DNA of 64,000 nt from a virus, in IMG/VR virus record IMGVR_UViG_3300048918_000089, positions 18,457-82,456 of that record, one strand, 5' to 3'. Below are positions 45,984 to 53,986 of this stretch, in pieces. The first letter of the stretch is position 1, and every line of letters begins with the position of its first letter. The notes beneath the pieces are model-generated. The model ran no database searches. It had not been told where the DNA came from and saw only the letters and a program-made list of their open reading frames with translations. The translations under genes and the position numbers were made by a program.

Positions 45984-47615
45984 ATGGCTAAGCCCAGATC
46001 ACACAGTCGGCAGATCGCACTAGCGGGGAAGTCGATCATGTCAGCCGGTAATTCGACGGCTGACTTTGAGCGCAACTCGGCTAACATCTCCTTCGTGCGA
46101 GGAATGGTTCAGCCGATCTCCAATGTCGCCGCATCGCTCGACTCGATGACGGAGGAGCAGGAGAAGCACTTCAACGAACTCATCGCCGTGATGAAGTCGT
46201 CGGTGCGGTCCAACGACCTCCTCGAGGAAACACAGAAGGCACTGACCGATAAGATCGCAGCCATGATCGCATCGCTTCAGCTACAGGGCGGCGGGAAGAA
46301 CAAGGATGCGATTGACAAACTCAAGGCACTGCACAAGGGTGTAGGCAAGAGTGGTGGGACAGGCTCTAACTTCATGCGGTCATTTCTAGGCGATGAGTTT
46401 GAGTCGAATCGTCAGACGGGTGCGTCGGCAGGAACATTGGTTGCATCAGGCACAACAGGACTCCTCAAGTCCATCCTCGCCGACTTCGGTGTCAATTCGG
46501 GGAAGCACAAGGAAGGCCTGAACTCGGCTGTGAATCGTCACATGGCCGCCCAGACAACACTGGGCTCAATTGGCGGGCCAACACGGCTCGGGGGTCTCGG
46601 CGGTGGCGATGATCTGGGATACGGTCCTGGACGGAAGCCGAACGGCACAGGAACTCAGTTGGGTGTTCTGAATCTCATCCGCCGCGAGATTACCCTCATT
46701 CGTATGGTTGTCGAGGGACGCATCAAGTTCAAGCCCGGGTCCAAGAAGAACGCCGAGCGCGAAGATTATCAGAAGAAGACCTCTGATGCAGCGAAGGGCC
46801 GCCCCGCAATGTTTACCAATCTCGCCAAGGGTGACTCGGCACTGATTGAAGCAGTGAAGCATGCCATTGAGAACAAGGGCGTGCCAATGCCGAATAAGGA
46901 TCCTGATACGGAGAATGATTCAAAGGCTGCGCACTCAAGCATTCTTGCAGGCACGAAGGCAACGAGTGATGCGAAGAATATGGAAGCCGATGATGACGAC
47001 AAGAAGGCGACTCCGATCAAGTCTGTCGCCCCCATCGCAGAAGGTTTCGGCGGGGCTGCGATTCTGTCGATGGCCAAGAAGTTCTTCTCGCGCGGTAAGG
47101 TTCCGTCCGAAGTTGTAAAGGCGACTGCCAAGGTTGGCTCGACGGCAGCGGGCGGTGCAGGGGCAGCTGCCGCAGGGGGCGCTGAAGCGGCGGGGGTCGC
47201 AGGCGGTGGAAGTAGCGCAATCGCCACGCTCGGCCCAATTGCGCTACTTGTTGCGGCAGGTGCTCTTGCCAAGTATGACATTGACAAGACATTTGAGGAG
47301 CACGACGACGCCATCGAAGAGGATTCGAAACTCGGTAAGGCACATCTCGCGTATCTCAAGGCGCGGGGTGTCGCCCATGCTCACGCAGGGAAGTTCTCGG
47401 GGACGCCAAATAACTCGGGCATTGCGATGGATACCATGGGTGATATGCTTGAGACGCTGAAGGGACATGGTGAACACCCGCAGGCGCCGCAGATCATTCC
47501 AATCCCGACGCCTATTACGCAGCGGGTTGTTGAAACACAGACGATGCTCCCAACGCGTCCGACGGACAATTCGTTCCTGCGGTATCTCGACAAGCGAGCA
47601 GTCAGAAGCCTATAG
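45984..47615 (+). CDS. probable tape measure / baseplate hub protein (gp29-like)
   Basis: 543-aa helical, Ala/Gly-rich protein following gp26/gp51; the call rests on position and composition only. Confidence 0.55.
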   Translation: MAKPRSHSRQIALAGKSIMSAGNSTADFERNSANISFVRGMVQPISNVAASLDSMTEEQEKHFNELIAVMKSSVRSNDLLEETQKALTDKIAAMIASLQLQGGGKNKDAIDKLKALHKGVGKSGGTGSNFMRSFLGDEFESNRQTGASAGTLVASGTTGLLKSILADFGVNSGKHKEGLNSAVNRHMAAQTTLGSIGGPTRLGGLGGGDDLGYGPGRKPNGTGTQLGVLNLIRREITLIRMVVEGRIKFKPGSKKNAEREDYQKKTSDAAKGRPAMFTNLAKGDSALIEAVKHAIENKGVPMPNKDPDTENDSKAAHSSILAGTKATSDAKNMEADDDDKKATPIKSVAPIAEGFGGAAILSMAKKFFSRGKVPSEVVKATAKVGSTAAGGAGAAAAGGAEAAGVAGGGSSAIATLGPIALLVAAGALAKYDIDKTFEEHDDAIEEDSKLGKAHLAYLKARGVAHAHAGKFSGTPNNSGIAMDTMGDMLETLKGHGEHPQAPQIIPIPTPITQRVVETQTMLPTRPTDNSFLRYLDKRAVRSL

Positions 47616-47626
47616 TGTAAAACATG

Positions 47627-47700
47627 CTTTACGTTAAGTGGGATAACGTAAAGAATCCTTTACGGGCATAAGGAAAGCGCATCTTTCGATGCGCCTTTCT
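47627..47700. terminator. paired hairpins between convergent operons (bidirectional terminator region)
   Basis: CTTTACGTTA/TAACGTAAAG (47627-47653) and GCGCATC/GATGCGC (47677-47694), the latter flanked by A and T runs. Confidence 0.7.
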
Positions 47701-47766
47701 TACGCCGGTATCGGTGAGATACCCGTCACCACTCGATTTGTCTTTGGTTAGCGAACCGAGACGCTA

Positions 47767-48672
47767 TTAGTCGTTCGCGAGACCTGCGAAGTACGAAATG
47801 TCGTCTGCCTGCTCATCAGCACCCGATGACTTGGGCATTGAAGGAGCCGCAGTGCGACCTACTGATGGCGCTGGGGCAACTGCATCGTCAGCAATCTTCG
47901 CCGCCGCTTCAGCCGTCCGTGCACCTGCCGGTCCCTTGAGGACGAAGTCAAGCCGCTTCTTCAGATCCTCGTAGCTCTTGAAGTTCGACGGGGCCAAGAA
48001 CTCCTGGAGCGAATGTTCCTGCTTCCAGATTGCTTCGATAGCCTCATCCGTCTTGGCGATCGGGGTCGAGTTGTCAAACTTCGACTTGTCGTAGTTCCGA
48101 TAGCCTTCAACCTGCTGAATCAGGAGCTTGAAGTTCGCGCCCGTGTCGAAGTCGAACGGGTTGATCGGATCCTCACCCTCAAACTGAGGCTGCATGAGAT
48201 CCTTGATCTTGTCGAAAATCTTCTTGCCGAACTTGTACAAGAACACCTTCCCCTCGTTCGCAGGAACTGCGGGATCCTTGATAACGAGAATGTTGGCGAT
48301 GTACGTGAGCCGACGCTTCTGCTTGCGTGCGATATCCTTGTTGGATTCGATGCCAGAGTTCCAGAGTTCGGAATTGAGTTCCGAAACGGGGTCAGTCTGG
48401 CCTAGCGTCGTGAGAGAGTTTTCGATATACCACTTGCCAGTCGGGCCCTGGAAGCCGTGATTCCACGTGCGAACCCACGGAACATCTTCGCCTTGAACTG
48501 GGGGGAGAAAGCGGATGATCGCGGAACCGTTCTGCGCCTTGTCAACAGTCGGTGTCCAGAAACGATTGTCATCCTTGCGGTCGCCGCCAGTTGTCAGCTT
48601 TTCAACTTCCTTCATCAGGTTGTCGAAGTTGCCGCGGGCGGAACGCATTTCTGCGAGGGAACTGTAAGCCAT
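47767..48672 (-). CDS. gp32: single-stranded DNA-binding protein
   Basis: DNRFWTPTVDKAQNGSAIIRFLP, HGFQGPTGKWYIENSLTTLG..DPVSE, YKFGKKIFDKI, GANFKL, FKSYEDLKKRL; acidic C-terminus. Confidence 0.96.
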   Translation of the reverse strand: MAYSSLAEMRSARGNFDNLMKEVEKLTTGGDRKDDNRFWTPTVDKAQNGSAIIRFLPPVQGEDVPWVRTWNHGFQGPTGKWYIENSLTTLGQTDPVSELNSELWNSGIESNKDIARKQKRRLTYIANILVIKDPAVPANEGKVFLYKFGKKIFDKIKDLMQPQFEGEDPINPFDFDTGANFKLLIQQVEGYRNYDKSKFDNSTPIAKTDEAIEAIWKQEHSLQEFLAPSNFKSYEDLKKRLDFVLKGPAGARTAEAAAKIADDAVAPAPSVGRTAAPSMPKSSGADEQADDISYFAGLAND

Positions 48673-48729
48673 TGTAGTGCTCCTGTATAACGGTGTATGA
48701 GAGTATGGACTGCGAAGTATTTCACCCGA

Positions 48730-48915
48730 TTAGAGTTCCTCGTAATGAGGACCCTCGTAATCATCATTATCAACGTCGAAGAATAGGTAGTCCTTGTTCT
48801 CGGACAACTCATCCTCCAGCATCTTATTTATACTACCACGATGCTTAGACGCGCGGTCTTTTGTACCTTTGGAAGAATTGCGTAGCCGCGGTTCGTCCCG
48901 TCGAAACTTGCTCAT
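48730..48915 (-). CDS. small conserved hypothetical protein
   Basis: Basic N-terminus and acidic C-terminus; typical small gene upstream of gp32; contains a perfect TATAAATA. Confidence 0.6.
   Translation of the reverse strand: MSKFRRDEPRLRNSSKGTKDRASKHRGSINKMLEDELSENKDYLFFDVDNDDYEGPHYEEL
48825..48832 (-). promoter_or_regulatory. T4 late promoter TATAAATA upstream of gp32
   Basis: Exact gp55 consensus (plus strand tatttata). Confidence 0.65.
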
Positions 48916-49514
48916 AGTCCTAGTTGAGTTGTTGTGATGGTCAGAAAATGCTCCCTTGGCACTCTGACAAAAGGTGAATACTTCCTAACGAGAGAAATGA
49001 CCTCTTCAATCACAGGATCGGTCACTTCAGTTTTGTCGGTGAACTGAAACAGCTTGTTAAAGATCACCAACGTTTCTAGCGATACCTGTTTCGCCAGATA
49101 GCAATGGATCAGAGGTGGATGACTTTCATCCTCTCTGACCAATCTCCAGAAACACTCAGGTGCAATGAGTTTCGGATTCCCATACTCAGAGGAGAGAAGT
49201 TCCAACTCTTGCTTGTACCTATACGTGAGCGACTCGGTACGCTTCATCCATTCCTTGTAGACGGAATCAGCTTGACCCAGTTGATACATACCGCCATACC
49301 GATCACCCGCTGCAAAGTTCGCAGCGAGGAGTGACACGAATTGGGGCTTGGTGTACCGGCTTGCAACTTTCGCGAACGTGAATCGTTCCTTCTTCTGCAT
49401 GAAGGTGTATTCACTCGCGCGTACCGCACCCTTCGACTTCACAATATCGTACTTGGGCGACGTGAAGTGTAGGCGCATTGCGAGGTATATCTTGTACGCC
49501 TCAAATGGCTTCAT
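48912..49514 (-). CDS. gp59: helicase loader
   Basis: FEAYKIYLAMRLHFT..KYD...G...HPPLI..YL...VSLETLVI...KYSPFV. Confidence 0.9.
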   Translation of the reverse strand: MKPFEAYKIYLAMRLHFTSPKYDIVKSKGAVRASEYTFMQKKERFTFAKVASRYTKPQFVSLLAANFAAGDRYGGMYQLGQADSVYKEWMKRTESLTYRYKQELELLSSEYGNPKLIAPECFWRLVREDESHPPLIHCYLAKQVSLETLVIFNKLFQFTDKTEVTDPVIEEVISLVRKYSPFVRVPREHFLTITTTQLGL

Positions 49515-49813
49515 TCAAATTCAAGGGTCTCGGATGTGCGCTTGAGCAGGTGAAGATTCTCGGCCTCAACCCGAATCTTGTCCTTGAGCGCGGGCGTAAT
49601 CATGCCGGCGATTGTCGCGGGCTCAATGTCGCGTTCCTCGCAGAACTCCATGAGTGCTTCCATGCATCCGATCTTTCGGGTAATGGCCGTGCGCTCAATG
49701 TGCTGTGAGAACTCGATGGCACTGCGGAATTGCTTGGTGATCAAAAGCTCATCGGTAACATCTTCAGGCTGAAGATCGCCGAGTTGTTTGATCGGTGTTG
49801 CTAGGTGCATCAT
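49511..49813 (-). CDS. gp33: late transcription co-activator
   Basis: Likely start MMHLAT at 49813; FSQHIE...MEALMEFCEERDIEP...LKDKIRVEAENLHLLK. Confidence 0.85.
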   Translation of the reverse strand: MMHLATPIKQLGDLQPEDVTDELLITKQFRSAIEFSQHIERTAITRKIGCMEALMEFCEERDIEPATIAGMITPALKDKIRVEAENLHLLKRTSETLEFE

Positions 49814-50297
49814 GGTTGCTTCTCTGAGGGAAAGCGTAGAAAATATGCCGACCGATCTTTGCAACCCGAACCAACTCGACTTGCATCCAACGCGGCCAAA
49901 CGTCCACATTGTGAAAGTACACAGCCTTCTTGATGGGTGCCAGTCTCACCGAATCAATGAGCGCGGAGCGGGCGACGTCCTCTGCTTTCGCAAAGAGAAC
50001 AGGATCGCGCCGAATCCGATGCCCACATACCCATGAGAACTGGCACCCTTTCTTACCTCGCTGATACACGACACCGCAAATCGTTTTCGGAAAGTGTTTC
50101 GATTCCGTTCGATTCATGACGACTGTTGCAACTGCGAGTTTACCTGCAGCCGATTCCTCAGCCGCTTCAAAATACACCACTTCGGTCAAGCATGTCAATT
50201 CTCGTTGCGTAGCAGAATCAATCGGTGCAGCACCGCGGGGTAGTGCCAAAGACAGAACCAACATGCTTGAGGCGAACATCGACGTGAAGCCGATCAT
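49764..50297 (-). CDS. SleB/CwlJ-like (Hydrolase_2) cell wall hydrolase with an N-terminal hydrophobic segment
   Basis: CLTEVVYFEA..E...GKLAVATVVMNR....FPKTICGVVYQ....CQFSW...AVYFH...IGRHIFY. Confidence 0.9.
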   Translation of the reverse strand: MIGFTSMFASSMLVLSLALPRGAAPIDSATQRELTCLTEVVYFEAAEESAAGKLAVATVVMNRTESKHFPKTICGVVYQRGKKGCQFSWVCGHRIRRDPVLFAKAEDVARSALIDSVRLAPIKKAVYFHNVDVWPRWMQVELVRVAKIGRHIFYAFPQRSNHDAPSNTDQTTRRSSA

Positions 50298-50369
50298 TGC
50301 GACCTCTCTTGTTGTATGCTCTGTAATTTACTACCTTCTCGCCCCGCGGTCAATCCTTTTCGGCTAACC

Positions 50370-51899
50370 TTAGATACCCGAGCAGTCCGTGTGACAGCGT
50401 GCATCCTCGCAGCAGAACTGTCCCTTCGGGCACTGGTCGTCCGAGACACACAGAGCAGGCGTAACGACGAGGGTATCGGTCTGGTCGATGTAGTGTTCAA
50501 CCGTAACCGTTGCCAACTCAGCCGACGTTTCTGTGAATACGCCAATTCGGAAGCGCCCAAGATATGGTGCGTTGTACGCATCCTTTCCCTGCACCCACAG
50601 CGTGTAGTAGCCTGTTGGGAGATCGGTGGGTGGGGCGATAGTGAGTTCAAGCCACGTGTCATGGGCATACGGCGTGATCCACTCCCATACCCGATTGAGC
50701 CGCTTCGGTGCAACGGCATCAGTCGTGTACACGTCACCGTAAGACCATGACACAATCGGCGCCTTCGGGGTGATACCGATTGTCACTGCGGCTCCCCGCT
50801 GAAGGGTCGCTAGTGTATCACCGATCGGCCGACCCCAGACGAGTCCGTCTGCGACAGGTGACGAGAGCAGAACATTGGGCGTTGTGCCGTAGATGGTTTC
50901 ATCACGGAACAGAAGATCAACATTACCCGACTGGATGACCAATTCCTGAATCTTGTCCGCAGTCAAGCTGGGGTTATCGGTGATGAACTGTGCGACAACG
51001 CCCGACGCGATTGCCGCCGCCGCCGATGTTCCTGCCGTTTCGATGAAGTTCTCTGTCGCCATATCAGCAACGGTCACACCCACGCCAGGCGCGGTGACGT
51101 CCACTTCAGGACCCCAGTTCGATGACTGTCCAGTGCTCCATGGGATGACACGATCAAACGCGTCCGAAGCGGCAACACCGAGCACCGAGTCAAGACCGAC
51201 TGGTGAGAGTGTGTCGGCACTGACGCCCGTGTTACCCGCTGCGGCAACGACAACAAGCCCTGCCGATTCCAACTCGGCAATCTTCGCGTCAAGAATGAGG
51301 CTCTTCGGGACAGTCCATGAGCAGTTGACGACCTTGACCCCAGGTGTCTTGGCATGATCGCCCAGAATTGCGTCAAGCGCCTCGAGGAGTACTGCAACCG
51401 AAATCGTTGTCCCCATTGGAATCTTGACGACTCGGATTGTTGCGGACGGCGCGACGCCGAGTCCCCAGCCACCGATCAGTGATGCCATCGCAGTGCCGTG
51501 ACCCGAGGGGTCAGTAATGTCAAGCGATGACGGGTACAGTGGGATGACCGTACCGCGCGCGAACTCGGGGTGCCCAACATCAACACCCGAGTCAACAAGA
51601 TAGACGGTCGAACCCTCGCCGTGATTCTTGGGCTTGTAGGTCTGCTTCAGTGGGAGCGACTCAGTGACGAGGCGCTGAAGGTGCCATGTCGAGACTTGCG
51701 GTGTGACCTCAAGCGTGACCTCTTCCTCAGCAAGCACGACGCCGGGAATCGCGAGAATGTCAGCCACTGGCTTGGTCGTCTCAAGCACCACAAACCGCGC
51801 GTTGCTCAGGGTCTGCTTGATTTTGCCAATCGCACGAAACGCCTTGGACAACTTCAGAATGTCCGCAGTCGGCGAGTAGAGAATATGGAACGTTGTCAT
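50370..51899 (-). CDS. S8 subtilisin-like serine protease with prodomain and Cys-rich C-terminal tail
   Basis: Start ATG 51899 (AGGA SD); catalytic residues YLVDSG, GHGTAMAS, AAAGN, AGTSAAA; ends ALCVSDDQCPKGQFCCEDARCHTDCSGI. Confidence 0.9.
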   Translation of the reverse strand: MTTFHILYSPTADILKLSKAFRAIGKIKQTLSNARFVVLETTKPVADILAIPGVVLAEEEVTLEVTPQVSTWHLQRLVTESLPLKQTYKPKNHGEGSTVYLVDSGVDVGHPEFARGTVIPLYPSSLDITDPSGHGTAMASLIGGWGLGVAPSATIRVVKIPMGTTISVAVLLEALDAILGDHAKTPGVKVVNCSWTVPKSLILDAKIAELESAGLVVVAAAGNTGVSADTLSPVGLDSVLGVAASDAFDRVIPWSTGQSSNWGPEVDVTAPGVGVTVADMATENFIETAGTSAAAAIASGVVAQFITDNPSLTADKIQELVIQSGNVDLLFRDETIYGTTPNVLLSSPVADGLVWGRPIGDTLATLQRGAAVTIGITPKAPIVSWSYGDVYTTDAVAPKRLNRVWEWITPYAHDTWLELTIAPPTDLPTGYYTLWVQGKDAYNAPYLGRFRIGVFTETSAELATVTVEHYIDQTDTLVVTPALCVSDDQCPKGQFCCEDARCHTDCSGI

Positions 51900-51925
51900 T
51901 GAGAGTCCTAAAAGGGGTTTGCTGA

Positions 51926-51933
51926 TATTTATG
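51926..51933 (-). promoter_or_regulatory. late promoter (CATAAATA) upstream of the subtilase
   Basis: Overlaps the TAA of the QueC-like gene. Confidence 0.6.
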
Positions 51934-52477
51934 CTAGATCGGGATCCGGAATCCCTACAACTTGTGTGCTCCATGCGCGCTCCCTACAGAAGAAGCAGGT
52001 CCCGCAGCGTCCCGGGGTCTTTGATCCACAAGATCGTGTCAGAGAGAGCAGGGGAAGGAGCCCCAGGCGCTGGTATTCCGCTATGATCGCGGCCTTGTCG
52101 AGGGTCATGAAGGGCCGAAAGTGTAGAGCGTTCGCGGGGTCGCCTCGCATCGGGACGAATCCCGCGTCCAAATCGACGGGCGGATTGAGCGTGCATCCCG
52201 TATAAACAACCCCATATGAAACGGATTGGACGAGTTCGACGGCGCGCCGAATCAGCATCGGCTGTGACTTGCCCCATGATCGAACGGTGAGCGTCGTCCC
52301 GAGAAGGGTGTTGATCGCATCGACAGTTACCTTCGCATGATGCGCGGTGTTTGCCCATGTGGAGATGACATGGACCTGAACGTCTGGGTTCTCTCGTGCA
52401 AGGAGATAGACCAAGAGCGTTGAGTCAGCCCCGCCCGACGTGAGGACGTGGACGGGAAGCTTGGGAATGACGATCAT
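51929..52477 (-). CDS. QueC-like PP-loop ATPase with a C-terminal Zn-binding motif
   Basis: LTSGGADSTLL PP-loop; RPF..LDKA.I; TRSC....GRCGTCFFCRER. Confidence 0.78.
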   Translation of the reverse strand: MIVIPKLPVHVLTSGGADSTLLVYLLARENPDVQVHVISTWANTAHHAKVTVDAINTLLGTTLTVRSWGKSQPMLIRRAVELVQSVSYGVVYTGCTLNPPVDLDAGFVPMRGDPANALHFRPFMTLDKAAIIAEYQRLGLLPLLSLTRSCGSKTPGRCGTCFFCRERAWSTQVVGIPDPDLA

Positions 52478-52494
52478 ACCGATATGTATATGGC

Positions 52495-52520
52495 AATACC
52501 CAGACCGAAGCCTGAGTATT
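52495..52520 (-). terminator. 11-bp hairpin with a cUUCGg tetraloop at the 3' end of the tmRNA coding piece
   Basis: Minus strand AATACTCAGGC-TTCG-GTCTGGGTATT. Confidence 0.65.
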
Positions 52521-52795
52521 GGAACTGTTTCTGTTGCTAGGCTTGTTCAAGCCCCGCCATGCTTACGCAGCGATGGCAAATGCAGAAGTGTCCATTGCAT
52601 TTAGATTTTCTGCTTTTACGGCAGTCAGCTACCGAATGGCGTCTTATTCTTTACTTTACACTCAGTCGAAACCGATCGCCCCCGAAGGTACTGTTTGCTT
52701 CGGTGTTTCTAGTGGAGGCGCGGGGAATTGAACCCCGGTCCTAAATGTGGTTCGGACAAGCATGACCATCATTTCCAACAACTACACGCAACCCT
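52521..52795 (-). ncRNA. ssrA: circularly permuted two-piece tmRNA: acceptor piece (~52795-52712), intervening segment, coding piece (52683-~52521)
   Basis: T-arm CGGGG-TTCAATT-CCCCG then CGCCTCC-A. Downstream 5' end GGGGGCG-ATCGGTTTCGAC pairs as an acceptor stem with G3-U70. Tag ORF 52598-52563 encodes AMDTSAFAIAA*. Outer ends are approximate. Confidence 0.9.
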
Positions 52796-52803
52796 GTCAG
52801 TTC

Positions 52804-52811
52804 TATTTATG
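52804..52811 (-). promoter_or_regulatory. late promoter (CATAAATA) upstream of tmRNA
   Basis: Overlaps the stop codon of 52807-53259. Confidence 0.6.
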
Positions 52812-53259
52812 ATCCCTCGTACTTCTTGCAACCGTGCACGCAGGGTGCATCGCCTACCCAGCACGTTCCAGTTGACCAATGCTTCCCCTTCGGATGACCA
52901 CATGTCTTGCACGGACCCTTCAGTTCGCCCCTGACGAGCATTTTGAGCAGGTCCTCGGTTAGCAACGACTCGGAATAACGAAGCACACGATCCGTTTCCG
53001 TCAGCGTTACTTCCTTCGCTTCGGCTCGGTCGTACATATCACCTTGGATAGAAACGACCCGCATGGTGACGTTCGTCACCTCGCTCTTCCAACGTCCTTC
53101 GGCCTCGTAAATCTTGAGCACCATGCCGACAGCAGTCTTAGATGCGCGACCGATTGCGTTCGCGTAGACGATGGTGTCACCTGGCTTGATAACGTTCCCC
53201 ATTCGATCAACGAATGAGTCAACCTCAGTGCGTGGATCCTTCGTGCCCTTGAGTGCCAT
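52807..53259 (-). CDS. hypothetical protein with an SH3/KOW-like barrel and a C-terminal Cys/His finger
   Basis: DRMGNVIKPGDTIVY; CKTCGH...HW...C...C..GC. Confidence 0.65.
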   Translation of the reverse strand: MALKGTKDPRTEVDSFVDRMGNVIKPGDTIVYANAIGRASKTAVGMVLKIYEAEGRWKSEVTNVTMRVVSIQGDMYDRAEAKEVTLTETDRVLRYSESLLTEDLLKMLVRGELKGPCKTCGHPKGKHWSTGTCWVGDAPCVHGCKKYEGS

Positions 53260-53615
53260 TATGAGCCCAGCTTCTGTAGGGCGGCGATCCGCGACTGGAT
53301 CTCCTTTGCGACTGCCGCTTCTGCTTCAACCCGCGTCGGGAAGACAGGTGTCAGCGACCTACTGAAACTGCGGATCCGGGGCTGAATGGCTTTGGTATGA
53401 TCGAACGTATGACCGACTTTTGACCAATCAACCTCCCAGACCAAATCCCCGAAGCCCATGGCAAGCATGATCTTCTCGGCCACTTTCTCATCAAGGGAGA
53501 TTGACACACCGCCGACTTCAAGGGCGTAGGTCACGCCACTCTCGTACTGCTCGGACCAACGGTGTGCAACGAACTCCACATTCGGTAGAGGCCGTTTCTC
53601 GTCACGCATTCCCAT
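53259..53615 (-). CDS. hypothetical protein
   Basis: 118-aa ORF with SD (AGGAGA), coupled to the downstream gene. Confidence 0.6.
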   Translation of the reverse strand: MGMRDEKRPLPNVEFVAHRWSEQYESGVTYALEVGGVSISLDEKVAEKIMLAMGFGDLVWEVDWSKVGHTFDHTKAIQPRIRSFSRSLTPVFPTRVEAEAAVAKEIQSRIAALQKLGS

Positions 53616-53630
53616 TCACGTCTCCTGTCT

Positions 53631-53912
53631 TTAGTTGGCTGAATCCCACGCGGCTTCTGCTGCTCGCATCGCTGTCCTACACACGTCGCAAATGTCGTAC
53701 CCACGAACGTTTTGCGTAGGTGCATCACCCTTGCAAAGAGAACTGATCCCGAAGTAGTCGCAGTGGATTTTCGGATACAGACGATTGATCGCCTCAATCC
53801 ATTCCGCGCGAGTTGCCGTGATTCGTCCGATGCGCAGCGTGTCCCCTGCTACTGTGTACTTCCAGTCGCCCCGATCTAGCGGAACGAGCGGGAGTGTGTT
53901 GTTTGTTGTCAT
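53631..53912 (-). CDS. hypothetical protein with a Cys finger (possibly leaderless)
   Basis: ATG at 53912; HCDYF...LCKG...ICDVC. Confidence 0.6.
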   Translation of the reverse strand: MTTNNTLPLVPLDRGDWKYTVAGDTLRIGRITATRAEWIEAINRLYPKIHCDYFGISSLCKGDAPTQNVRGYDICDVCRTAMRAAEAAWDSAN

Positions 53913-53917
53913 GATGT

Positions 53918-53946
53918 AAAGTAACACCTGCGGGAAAGCCCCGCAA
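53918..53946 (-). promoter_or_regulatory. sigma70-like promoter TTGCGG-N17-TACTTT
   Basis: -35 at 53941-53946, -10 at 53918-53923, 5 nt from the ATG. Confidence 0.5.
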
Positions 53947-53970
53947 TGTCAGAGTTGACCATTGCGGGGC
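53938..53970 (-). terminator. rho-independent terminator after the PKD/Ig gene
   Basis: 11-bp stem GCCCCGCAATG/CATTGCGGGGC followed by TTT on the minus strand. Confidence 0.7.
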
Positions 53971-53986
53971 GTCCGTTTCTCAGTGA

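Noticed and set aside
52712-52745. T-arm and acceptor half as a tRNA gene or integration-site remnant
   Set aside because: No anticodon or D arm lies upstream; it pairs with a downstream tmRNA 5' end and a tag ORF follows.
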